From NCBI RefSeq assembly GCF_009914755.1, contig NC_060927.1: a stretch of DNA of 64,000 bases, one strand, 5' to 3'. Position 1 is the stretch's first letter, and each line of letters begins with the position of its first letter. Positions 33,000-47,085 of this stretch are shown here, in pieces. Made by a program: the position numbers and the translations under genes. The notes under the pieces are model-generated. The model made no database searches. It saw nothing but the letters and a program-made list of their open reading frames with translations, and was not told the DNA's origin. This DNA is from the human T2T-CHM13v2.0 reference genome, Homo sapiens.

Positions 33000-34620
33000 G
33001 GATGAAGTGGTTACCCGCGGGCCTGAGGGCGCTGACTTTTTAGAATGGGCGAGGGCAGCTGTGTCCCAGTGACCAGAACGATTACTACCTTTAAAAAGTC
33101 GTGAAAATGATCGTGAACTGTACCCCACACCGAGCACGCGTCTGCCCCCCCAAGGCGGTGGAGACGCCCTCATCTTCCGCCGCCAGCTCGCGGGGCAGGA
33201 GGGGTGCGAGCGACTCTGGCCAGGCCCCAGGGACGGGGACCGGGTCTCGCGGCCCTGACCGGGGAGAGCCCAGGAACTCACGTGGCAGGAGCGCCGGGGG
33301 TTTCAGCACGGAGACCCATCCCGTCTGCCCCTGGACTCCCGCGAGCCCCGCGGGCCTCTCCGCTCGCCCGCCGCCCCCCTGCCAGGGGAAGGAGCGCAGC
33401 GTGCGCGCCGCCAGGAAGCGGCGCTCGAAACTCTGCAGCAAGAGTTCGGTCCCCGCATTCTCCTCGGGCGCCATGACGTGGGCGGGGCCGCAGCGTTGCC
33501 GGGAGACCGGGCGGAAGCCGGGCCTGGACTGAAGAGGGGGTGGGCCCAGGGCAGTGCGCGGCGGCAGAGAGGGGGCGGGGCCTGGGGGTAGGGTCAGGAG
33601 GAGCGTCCTGGGGGCGGGCTGTAGGGCGGGGCCAGGATGAGCGTTAGGAGGGCGAGGCCTGGGGTAGGGCCAGGATAAGCGTCGTTGGGGCAGGTCCTGG
33701 GTAGAGTCCAGGTTGGCGGGTCCTGGGGCGGAGTCAGGATAGGGCGATCCTGGAAGCTGGGCTTCAGAAGCGTCCAGGTTGGTGGCGTCCTGGAGGCGGT
33801 GCCTTGCGTGTGGGCAGGATAAGAGTCCTGGAGGCGAGCATTAGAGCGGGGATAAACGCCATTGGGTTCAGGAGGCGGGACTCAGAGCAGAGCCCAGGAG
33901 ACAGGTCTTAGGGTGGGGCTAAGGCCAGACCCAGAGAAGGGCTCAGGAGGCGGGGCCGGGGCGGGGGGTTGACTATGTCGTAGCACATGGCCAGGCGGTG
34001 CGCGGACTCTGGGAGGCAGAGCTTTGGACGGGCCGACGTGGGGAGGGGCCCAGGGTCCAGGAGGCGGGGCCGAGTCCGGGCTGCCAGCTGCGCTCAGGAG
34101 GCGGGCCCTGGGAGGCGGAGCTTAGGGAGGGGCCGGTGTCGGGAGGGACCCAGGGACTGGGAGGCCGGTCGGGGCTGGGCTCAGGGGCCGAGACCTAGCT
34201 GGGCTTGGGGCGGGGCCGAGACGGAGCGAGGGATCCAGGGTGTGGGAAACGGGGAGGGGTTTGAGGAGGGGATCGGAATGTGGCTCAAGTTGGGAGGCGT
34301 TACCTGCGGAGGGTTTGAGGCACGCCCAGGAGCGAGCCCACGGTCGGCCGACGCGGGGCCAGGGGCGGGCCCCAGGATCCGGAGCTTCGGGCGGGGCCGA
34401 GTCTGGGTTTGGGGCCCGGGAGGCGGGGCCAGTTAGGGCGAGGGTCCCTGGGATCGTCGGGTCAGGCCTTGGGCTAACGTAGACACTCTCGCAGTACCTC
34501 CGCCTTCAGGAAGGTCTTTTTAGCAGGGGCCTTACAGGTGCACGCTTCGGTCCTGGAGGCCTTATCCTAACCTCTCCATCAGCGCCACCCGTCTGGGGCC
34601 CGAAAGGAGGGAGCTTTCCC
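33000..34620. promoter_or_regulatory. CpG island / GC-box-rich TATA-less promoter of the FAM86 copy, probably bidirectional
   Basis: High GC and CpG density around FAM86 exon 1, many GGGGCGGGG Sp/KLF boxes, ETS-like CGGAAG near 33512 and TGACGT at 33474-33479. Confidence 0.85.
33379..33474 (-). pseudogene. FAM86 exon 1 CDS (donor GT>GG)
   Basis: MAPEENAGTELLLQSFERRFLAARTLRSFPWQ followed by ggggg instead of gt. Confidence 0.93.
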
Positions 34621-35846
34621 TCTGTCCTCCAGCCTTTGGACTGTCTCCAAACAAGCCATTCGTTCACCAAATACTTATTAAGCACCTACCATGTGCCTGA
34701 CAAGGGAGATGTAACGGTGAGAAAGACTAGGTGTGGTCTGGGCCCTCCAGAGGCTCAGGGGCTCGTGGAAGAAGTGGACATTGAAGTACTTATCACACAA
34801 ATGAGTATAAAAGTACAATAGCGATATCTGCCACAAAGATGAGCAGACAGAGCTAGCGGGGCTTGCAGGAGGAGTTTTGATCTTGCAGGGACAGGAAAGA
34901 GGAGTTAGCTCCTGCGGGGTGGGATGGGGGGGTGGTGGTGATATAGACGTGGGGACAGAGTGGAAAACAACAAAAATATAATTATTTTAGTTCAAAGTTA
35001 TTGTGTCTTGAGTTGAAAGGCAGGGCAGTTAGCAACACAGTTCAGATTTCAGTACTGCCCCCGAAATCTGAACTGTGTTCAAAGTCTAAAACGTTTACCT
35101 TAGCAAATTCCTCATAAAACTCCATTTGGAAGAGTCTCGAGAGCTAATTTGTTAAGTATACTTGCAAAAGGTAGATGAGGAGACAGATAAAATCTTATTA
35201 CCTCTTTCAGATGAGAGGCACTTGAGCCCTGCTCAGCTATGAGAATAAGAGAGGGGAATTAATTCGAATTGAATACACTTGTTCTCTTATAGCTGTTGTT
35301 CCCCACCAGAACCAAATGAGCGCAAGATCTGACAAAGAAAAAAAAGGTTCATCTTTTATTCCCCCAAACACTTTCATTTAAATCAAGAGGATGGGATGTG
35401 GTTATTGCTGTGTTTTTAGACAGAATCAACGGTTTCTGTGTCTGAGATGTTGCATACACCCTCTCAGTCCCTCTATCCTGAGATGGAGTCACCTGAGGAT
35501 CCACAGCAAGTCCTAACCAGGGATGGGTCTGGGTGATTAAGGAAGGTTGGCTTCAGAACTGGGCCAGGGGCACTGCTTTGCTTTTGCTGTTTTGATCAGC
35601 TCTCTGCCTGCAGGAGACAAGGAAAACCAATGGGAACAGGTTAGCTATACTCATAAATCTTGGGCTTATTTTATTAACTCACATAATAGCTATTAATTGT
35701 CTTTCCTCCAAGGAGCAAAAGGGCATATACGGTCAATGCCATAGTAAGTAACACTGTATTATGTTATACTAAAATATTAATAAATCTAGGTTGGTTCAGT
35801 CTTTCCTGAGTCCATAGATTGGAAGCAGATTGAGGAAGGACGCTAG

Positions 35847-36221
<375 letters not shown>

Positions 36222-36224
36222 TGA

Positions 36225-36550
<326 letters not shown>

Positions 36551-39500
36551 TGAGCCACCATTCCCGGCCTCACTGAAGGGATTTTTTTAATGTCACGTGG
36601 CTCTCACAGGTGCTGTGTGTTCGGGTGCAAGTGAAGATTACGACTGATGCTTAAAAACAAACGTAAAATTCCAGGTGGTGTTGCTATGGGGAGCAGCATT
36701 AGGACAATCTGAGTGGTTTCAGTTGCAAGAGTGTGCGTGTACGTGCAAGAACTACAGTCAAGATTCAACTTCTGGCTTTCAGGGTCTCTTTAATAATAGT
36801 AATAACAACCTAAGGCAGTTTAACAGTATGGAATGGTTGCCTTTTAGAAGTTAAGCTATGGGCATGGAAGTTTCAATCAGTACATTGAAGTTTTTCTTTT
36901 ATCTCTCCTATGGTTAATGGTTTCTGTAGAAAAGGACCAGTTGATTTCTTTCTAAAACGTTGCTTCAGGGTGTAGAGACCTTTATAGGTCATGTTTCAAC
37001 TTACAGAAAATTTTTATAGTTCAAATATAAATTACGTTCAATGTGGGCTTTGTAATAGAATTTAAGGTTAAGTAAAGTTTCCACTTTCCTTAGGCTGTTT
37101 GCAGTGCCCAGCAGGCCCCATGATATCGAGATGGAAGTTATGTTAAAGGAGGAGATTGGTCAGGGATGGGCAGAATAAGGAATATGGGCAGCTCAGGCTA
37201 ATGATACAATGATTGAGATGTAGAAAGAAGGCCAGGCACGGGATAATGTCTGTAATCCCAGTGCCTTGGGAGGCCAAGGCAAGAGAATCGCTTGAGGTCA
37301 GACCAGCCTGGTCAAGAGAGTGAGACCTAACCTGTACAAAAAAAAAAAAAAAAAATTAGTTGGGCATGATGGTGTGCGCCTGTAGTCTCAGCCACTTGGA
37401 AGGCTGAGGTCAGGGGATCCCTTGAGCCCAGGAGTTTGAGGCTGCAGTGAGCTATAATCACATAACTGTACTCCAGCCTGGGTGACAGGGTGAGGCCCTG
37501 ATTCAAAAAAAAAAAAAAAAAAAAAATGGGTCAGGGAAAAAGTTGGAAATCTTAATCCTCGGTACCCAGGAATGTGACCTTATTTGGAAATAGGGTCTTT
37601 CTAGATGTAATCAAGTAACGATGAGTCATCCTGGATTGGGGGCTGCTAGTGAGGGGGCAGATGCAATGACTGGTGTCCTTATAAAAGAAGAGAATGAGGG
37701 CCAGGCATGGTGGCTCATGCCTGTAATCTCAGCACACTTTGGGAGGGTGACGTGGGGGTATCATTTGAAGTCAGGAGTTTGAGACCAGCCTGGCCAATAA
37801 TAACAATAAAAAAGCCATTTTAGATTCTAATCCACTGAAAGAAAACTGTCCCTTAGTTAATGGCATGCTTATTGGATCCATGAAGTCTTTGAAAATTTAA
37901 ACGGCAAGGACACTGCTCTCTGTGGTGGTGGAGAGAATACCAAGGATTTAAAGGTCTTTAAGAAAGAGAATGTAGAAAGCGTACCCATTGGAAACAGCAA
38001 GATGATGATAATCGTACTGACAGTAATAATAAGTTCAAATATATAGAGCTTACTATGTATCATGAATTGTTCTGAATGCTTTATAAATATATGTTACCTC
38101 CCTTACCCTCATGGCAGCCCAGTAAAGGCTCCATTCCCCATTTTACAGCTGGGGAAACTGAGTTACAGAGCTTTTCTGCACTGAGTCATCAGGAGCAAAT
38201 GCTAGATCAGGTAATTGAACCCAAGCAATCTGGTTCCAGAGCCAAATAGATGTATTTTTTATGGTATAAAAACATATACATACATTTTTAGGGGAAGGGT
38301 GGGGGTAGGATGGGATGAGGATTCTGGGTAATTGCTTGGTAAATGCCAAATACCTTTCTTGTCTGTCCCTGTTTTCAAATGATAAAGTAATGTCAATTGC
38401 AACTTTTTTTTTTTTTTTTTTTTTGAGACAAGGTCTAGCTGGAGTACAGTGATGCAGTCATAGCCCACTGCAGCCTCAAATTCCTGGGCTCAAGCGATCC
38501 ACCCACATCAGCTTCCCAAGTAGTTGGGACTACAGGCCCACACTACTGTGCCCAGCTAATTATTTTAATTTTTGTAGAGATGGAAGGTGGCGGTGGGGGG
38601 GTGTCTCGCCATGTTGCCCAGGCTGGTCTTGAACTTTGACCTCAAGTGAACCTCCTGCCTCAGCCCCACAAAGCTCTGGAATTATAGGTGTGAGCCACTG
38701 TGGCTGGCTACAATACTATTTATTTATATTTTAGACCAAGAGATATTCTAGCATATAAGAAATGTGATGCTCTCTGTAAATTGAAGAGTTGGTCTAATAT
38801 TTCTCCTGGTGGATACAGAAATTGCCTGTCTGCTCCGCTCTGGTTGAAGAAACTAGTCCGACTGTCTCTGAGGCTATGGAGCAGTCCATCGAGAATGAAA
38901 GCCCTCGGCCAGGCACGTTGGCTCACACCTGTAATATCAGCACTTTGAGAGGCCGAGGCAGGTGGATCACTTGAAGTCAGGAGTTCGACACCAGCATGGC
39001 CAACATGGTGAAACCCTGTCTCTACAAAAAATAGAAAAATTAGCTGGCCCTGGTGATGCGTGCCTGTAATCCCAGCTACTCAGGAGGCTGAGGCAGGAGA
39101 ATCACTTGAACTTGGGAGGCAGAGATTGCAGTGGGGAGCTGAGATCACACCACTGCATTCCAGCCTGGGCGACCGAGCGAGAGTCTCTCAGGAAAAAAAA
39201 AAAAAAATGAATGTCCTCATGATGGCCTCAAGCACATTGGTCCCTGAAGAGAGTCAAGGAAGGCCCACTGCACTGCAAAGCAGGCAGGTGGACAGGAATC
39301 TGAGAAGTGGATTCAGTGAGAGGCATTGACCCAAAGGATTTTCTGCCTAATGGTCGGTCCAGCAGAATATTAAACTGAGCACAGCATCCTGTTCCCTGAA
39401 ACCATCTGGTTGGTCAGTGGGGAATGTTCTTGTCTCGTTAAATGTCCTCATGCTACTGTCAAGATATCCTGTTACAAAACGTCATAAACCAGGTTTACAA

Positions 39501-40269
39501 ATAGGCCAGGTGACTGTGGAATTTCTCCTTGGCAATGCCTTAGCTATGGGCGTGCGATTAGTGTGCAATAATCACAGTGTTCCGGGCCACTTGAGGGATA
39601 AAATATACCTTAGGTGATTAACTGTTGTATTTTAATGTGAATATTTCCACCAACATTAAACAGTAACTCCATGAGTTTTCTCATACCTGTTACACTCTGG
39701 AGTTGCAACAAGCTGACATGAAGCAAGTTGCAAACATAATTATCGTATTTGGCTCCTATTCACAGCAAGGGTTCTTCAAGCTGTACGTGGGGCAGTCTTC
39801 CCTCACATGAGGTTTATAGCATCATTTATTTAATTATTTATTCATTTTTTGAGACGGAGTTTCGCTCTGTCGCCCAGGCTGGAGTGCAATGGTGCGATCT
39901 TGGCTCACTGCAACCTCCGCCCCCCCGGGGTTCAAGCGATTCTCCAGTCTCAGCCTCCCGAGTAGCTGGGATTATAGGCACGCGCCACCACACCTGGCTA
40001 ATTTTTGTATTTTTAGTAGAGACAGGGTTTCACCATGTTGACCGGGCTGGTCTCAAACTCCTGACTTCAGGTGATCCACCCGCCTCAGCCTCCCAAAGTG
40101 TTGGGATTACTGGTGTGAGCCACAGCTCCCGGCTATAGCATCATTTAAACTTTGTTTCTGCCATGAATTGTTAGTTGGTAGTTAACAAAAAATAGACCAC
40201 CTCATTTATGTCTCACAGTTAGCATTGGTTTTTGTGTTTTCTTTAGGCTTGTTTTTTAGTTGTTTTTAA

Positions 40270-40428
<159 letters not shown>

Positions 40429-40590
40429 TAATTTTTAATTTTTTTTTTTTTGAAATGGAGTTTTGCTCTGTCGCCCAGCAGGTTGGAGTGCGCTGGCATA
40501 ATCTCGGCTCACTGCAACCTCCACCTCTCGGTTCAAGCGATTCTTCTGCCTCAGCCTCGGCACCCACCACCAGGCCTGGCTAATTTTTAA

Positions 40591-40728
<138 letters not shown>

Positions 40729-40864
40729 TAAATTTTGTGTAGAGACCAGGTATTGCCATGTTGTCTAGGCTGGGCTTGAACTCCTGGGCTCAAGTGATCC
40801 TCCTGCCTTGGCCTCTCAAAATGCTGGCATTACAGGCATGGCCCTTATGTCTGGCCCTTAAAGC

Positions 40865-41720
<856 letters not shown>

Positions 41721-41908
41721 GCATATTTTTTGATATGGGCAAATGAGAACCAGCAGCGGGGGGCCTCTGTAGTGACTGTTTTGGTGATCTTTGTGTACTC
41801 TGTATAATGATCAGCCACTCAGGCTTGGGGGCAGCACTTAACCTTACATTTCTTTCTTTTTTTTTTAAGATAGGGTCTCTCTCTCTGCCACCCAGGCCAG
41901 AGTGCAGT

Positions 41909-43771
41909 TGACGCAGGGCAGGGGAGCCCCGAAGTGGAGCATAGTGTGTCCGGAACTGGTGGGTTCTTGGTCTCACTGACTTCAAGAATGAAGCCGTGGA
42001 CCCTCACGGTGAGTGTCACAGTTCTTAAAGGCGGCGTGTCTGGAGTTTGTTCCTTCTGATGCTCGGATGTGTTCAGAGTTTCTTCCTTCTGGTGGGTTTG
42101 TGGTCTCGCTGGCTTCAGGAGTGAAGCTGCAGACCTTCAAAGTGAGTGTTACAGCTCTTAAGGTGGCGCGTCTGGAGTTGTTTGTTCCTCCCATTGGGTT
42201 CATAGTCTCGGTGGCTTCAGGAGTGAAGCTGCAGACCTTCGAGGTGAGTGTTACAGCTCATAAAGGCAATGTGGACCCAAAGAGTGAGCAGCAGCAAGAT
42301 TTATTGCAAAGAGCAAAAGACCAAAGCTTCCACAGTGTGGAAAGGGACCCCAGTGGGTTGCCACTGCTGGCTGGGGCAGCCTGCTTTTATTCCCTTATCT
42401 GGCCCCACCCACATCCTGCTGATTGGTCCATTTTACAGAGAGCCGATTGGTCTGTTTTACAGAGAGCTGATTGGTCTGTTTTGACAGGGTGCTGATTTGT
42501 GCATTTACAATCCCTGAGCTAGATACAAAAGTTCTCCAAGTCCCTACTAGATTAGCTAGACACAGAGTGTCGATTGGTGCATTCACAAACCCTGAGCTGG
42601 ACACAGGGTGCTGATTGATGTATTTACAAACCTTGAGCTAGATACAGAGTGCCGATTGGTGTATTTACAATCCCTTAGCTAGACATAAAGCTTCTCAAAG
42701 TCCCCACCAGACTCAGGAGACCAGCTGGCTTCACCAAGTGGATCCCACACGGGGGCCACAGGTGGAGCTGCCTGCCACTCCCACGCCCTGTGCTGGTACT
42801 CCTCAGCCCTTGGGTGGTTGATGGGACTGGGCGCCCTGGAGCAGGGGGCGGTGCTCATTGGGGAGGCTTGGCACTCATCAGGGAGGCTCAGGCTGCGCAG
42901 GAGCCCACGGAGGGTTGGGGGGAGGCTCAGGCATGGTGGGCTGCATGTGCCGAGCCCTGCCCTGCAGGGAAGCAGCTAAGGCCCTGCGAGAAACTGAGCA
43001 AAGCAGCTGCTGGCACAGGTGCTAAGCCCCTCACTGCCTGGGTCCAGCGGGGCTGGCAGGCCACTCTGAGTGCTGGGCCCAGTGAGCCCATGCCCACCCG
43101 GAACTCGCGCTGGCCCGCAAGCGCCACGCCCAGCCCCGGTTCCTGCCCAGGCCTCTCCCTCTACACCTCCCTGCAAGCTGAGGGAGCCGGCTCCAGCCTC
43201 GGCCAGCACAGGAAGGGGCTCCCACAGTGCAGCGGCGGGCTGAAGGGCTCCTCAAGTGCCGCCAAAGTGGGAGCCCAGGCAGAGGAGGCACCGAGAGTGA
43301 GCTCGAGGGCTGCCGGCATGCTCTCACCTCTCAATAGCACGTGAGCGTTCTTGTCTTTACCCAAGAAAGAATTCAAGGGCAAGCCGGAGGTATAGAAGAA
43401 AACAGCTTTATTGAAGAGGCAGCATTACAGCCCTGTGACTGCTCCTGTAGGGCAGGGTTACCCTGGAGGCAAAGAGTAGCGGCAGAGAGTTTGCAATCAC
43501 ATTTATACCCACTTTTAATTGTATGCAGATTAAAGGGCAGTTTATGCAGGAATTTCTAGAAAATGGGTAGTAACTTTTGAGTCATTGGGTCATTGCCATG
43601 GAAAGGGGCAGTAACTCCCGGGTGTTGCCTTGGCAATAGTCAACTCACATAGCACACTGGTGGGCATGTCTGATGGAAAGCTGCTTCTGCCCCAGCCCTG
43701 TTTTAGCTAGTCCTCAATTTGGTCTGGTGTCCAAGCCTCGCCTGTGGAGTCAAGTCCTGCCTCCTATCTCA
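41909..43771 (-). mobile_element. Older ERV1-class (MER4-group) solo LTR interrupted by the LTR12
   Basis: TG...CA termini with TSD CAGT (41905-41908 / 43772-43775) splitting an AluJ-like element; poly(A) signal (ctttattg) near 43408. Subfamily uncertain. Confidence 0.75.
41945..43333 (-). mobile_element. Solo LTR12 (ERV9 LTR, LTR12C-like)
   Basis: TG...CA ends, 4-bp TSD ATAG (41941-41944 / 43334-43337), tandem CCAAT/GATA-type repeats at 42420-42700, AATAAAA TATA-like box near 42390, typical U5 repeats. Confidence 0.93.
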
Positions 43772-44530
43772 CAGTGGCGTGATCATGACTCACTGCAGAC
43801 TCAACACCCCCGTGCTCAAGCAGTTCTCCCACCTCAGCCTCCTGAGTTGCTGGGACCACAGGCACGTGCCACTACGCCCAGCTACATTTTTTTGCATTTT
43901 TTGTAGAGATGGTGTTTCACTGTGTTGCCTAGGCTGGTCTCAAACTCCTGGGTTCAAGCAATATACCTACCTTAGCCTTCTAAAGTGCTGGGATTACAGG
44001 TGCGAGCCACTACACCCAGCCCAAACTTACATTTTTAATCTCAAGTCACTTCTCTCTAGGTTTTGATTTCTTCTTTTAAATAGTGGAACTAAGAGCCTCT
44101 ATTTTATAGGGTTGTTGGGAAGACAAAAATGAAAGAACTGCTATTCAATGTTTAGTGAAGCGCTATGCACAATTTTGAATAATGAAGTTGGTGTTTATTT
44201 TTTATTATTTGTTTATTTATTTTTTAGAGACGGGGTCTTGTCTGCTGCTCAAGCTGGAGTGCAGTAGTGCAATCACAGCTTCGTGCAGCCTTGACCTCCT
44301 GGGCTCAAGAAATCCTGCCACCTCAGCCTCCTGAGTAGCTGGGACTACAGGCATGCATCGCCATGTCTGGCTATTTATTTATTTGTTTGTTTTTTGTAGT
44401 GTTGGGGTCTCCCTATGTTGCCCGGGCTGGTCTTGAACTCCTTGCCTTAAGCAATCCTCCTGTCTTGGCCTCTCAAAACACTGAGATTACAGGTGTGAAC
44501 CACCATGGCCAGCCTTATTTTTATTTTTAA

Positions 44531-45102
<572 letters not shown>

Positions 45103-45131
45103 TGACTTTATTCATTTTAGAATGAACTTAC

Positions 45132-45756
45132 CCCATTGATACTGTAACCAAAGTTGGCATACATCACGATTGGCAGAACCCGGTCATGTTTAGCGAGATG
45201 GAAGTGTTCTGGAAACCCCTCCTTCTTGTAGATGTGGAGGTGAGGGTACGCATTCTTCAGTGCCTGGTAAAGGGCTTCCTCTTGCCCCAATTTGGGCAGG
45301 GGCATCCCAAAGCCACCGTAGCCCACAATATCAAACTTGACCAAGTCCATAAACTTGATGTAGTTGGACAAGGGATCTTGTTGACATTGGGTCTCTTCTT
45401 CACGGTGGTCATCCCATGGTCTCATGTGATGATGACGCTGAGGTGTTCTGCAGGCTGTGCTTCTCAGTGGCTCCCACCAGATACCTGATGGTCCTGTCGA
45501 TTTGCTGAATCATCAACTTCCTATTCTCTGCCTCTGGCCTGAATCGATGTCCCACGTTATCTGGCTCTCTGTAACACAGAGTCACAAAGTCAAAGTCTTC
45601 CTTGGTGAACCAGTTCATGACAGTATCGATGTTCGCACTCCGCTCTGTCTCGTTGCTGTTTGGGTGAGTGTAGGACTCCACCAGGGACTGCTTGACAGCC
45701 TCACCCTCGTATTTAGCACCTCCCCTGGAATAGTGGGATGATGCTGCTTTGTTGCC
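45132..45756 (-). pseudogene. ENPP7-like exon 3 homolog
   Basis: ttgcag|GNKAAS...NETERSANIDTVMNWFTKEDFDFVTLCYREPDNVGHRF.../VIIT*DHGMTTV.../...LHIYKKEGFPEHFHLAKHDRVLPIVMYANFGYSING|gtaag. 625 nt, with two -1 frameshifts and a TGA at 45424-45422. Confidence 0.92.
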
Positions 45757-46129
45757 CTGCAAGTACAAGAAGAAAATTCCGTCAGGGCCATTTATCATAC
45801 CTTTCTCACAATCAGCAAAGCTCGAGTTGTCTACATCTGTGCCCCAGTCCAAAGACATAGAAAATATGTGGTCTTTGGAGTCAGACAGGGTGGAGTTAGA
45901 TTCTGGGCTTCCCCAGGATCTCATAGCATCTACAACACTGTTAGTTACAAGATGTGCTATTATTTTATGGGCTACTAAGCAGAAAAATGCTGCCAACGAG
46001 ACCGTGACTTACCAGTGATTGTAAGGTGTATTCCAACTTCAGAGATGGCAAAATGAAAAATAATTCCTTAGAATAGAGGGAGACGGTAATTTCTGTGTTG
46101 TTGGTGGTGAATTTGTGCATGTGTGTTTT

Positions 46130-46130
46130 T

Positions 46131-46162
<32 letters not shown>

Positions 46163-46342
46163 CACACACATATACGTGTATATATGTGTATATATAGACA
46201 TACCTATATACATATACATATATATGTGTATATATGGTGCTGCAGTGGTACAATCATAGCTCGTTGCACCCTTGAACTCCTGGGTTTAAGCGATCCTCCC
46301 ACCTCAGCCTCTTGAGTAGCTGGGGCCACAGGCATGTACCAC

Positions 46343-46431
<89 letters not shown>
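46130..46431. repeat. (TA)n/(CA)n low-complexity tracts flanking an Alu fragment, followed by poly(T)
   Basis: Mixed TA/CA at 46130-46235, pure (TA)n at about 46348-46402, then a T run. Confidence 0.9.
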
Positions 46432-46458
46432 GTGACACGGTGTCACTCTCTCACCTAG

Positions 46459-46596
<138 letters not shown>

Positions 46597-46977
46597 TGAG
46601 ATAGAGTTTTGTCATGTTGGCCAGGCTGGTTTCGAACCCCTGGGCTGAAGTGATCCACCTGCCTTGGCCTCCCAAAGTGCTGGGATTACATGTGTGAGCC
46701 ACCGCACCTAGCCCTAATTTTTTTTTTTTTTTTTTTTTTTTTTGTAGAGATGAGGTCTCGCTAATTTGCCCAGGCTGGTCCTGAACTCCTGGGTTCAACT
46801 AATTCTCCTGCCTCAGCCTCTCAAAGTGCTGGGATTACAGGCATGAGACACCACGCCAGGCTGGTGGTGAGTTTTAAAATTTTCCAGTGCCTCAGTGTTT
46901 CTACCTGTAGAATGCCAAAAAGTAGATGGCATCTTTGCGAGGATGAAGCCGACTAGCTTTTTTTAATTTTTTTTTGA

Positions 46978-47085
<108 letters not shown>

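Noticed and set aside
33091-33474. 127-aa ORF starting MAPEENAG read as an intact gene
   Set aside because: Only 32 codons are FAM86 exon 1; the rest is intron read-through after the dead donor.
42013-43382. ORFs of 160-184 aa in the LTR region
   Set aside because: Non-coding LTR12 sequence with no gag/pol/env similarity.
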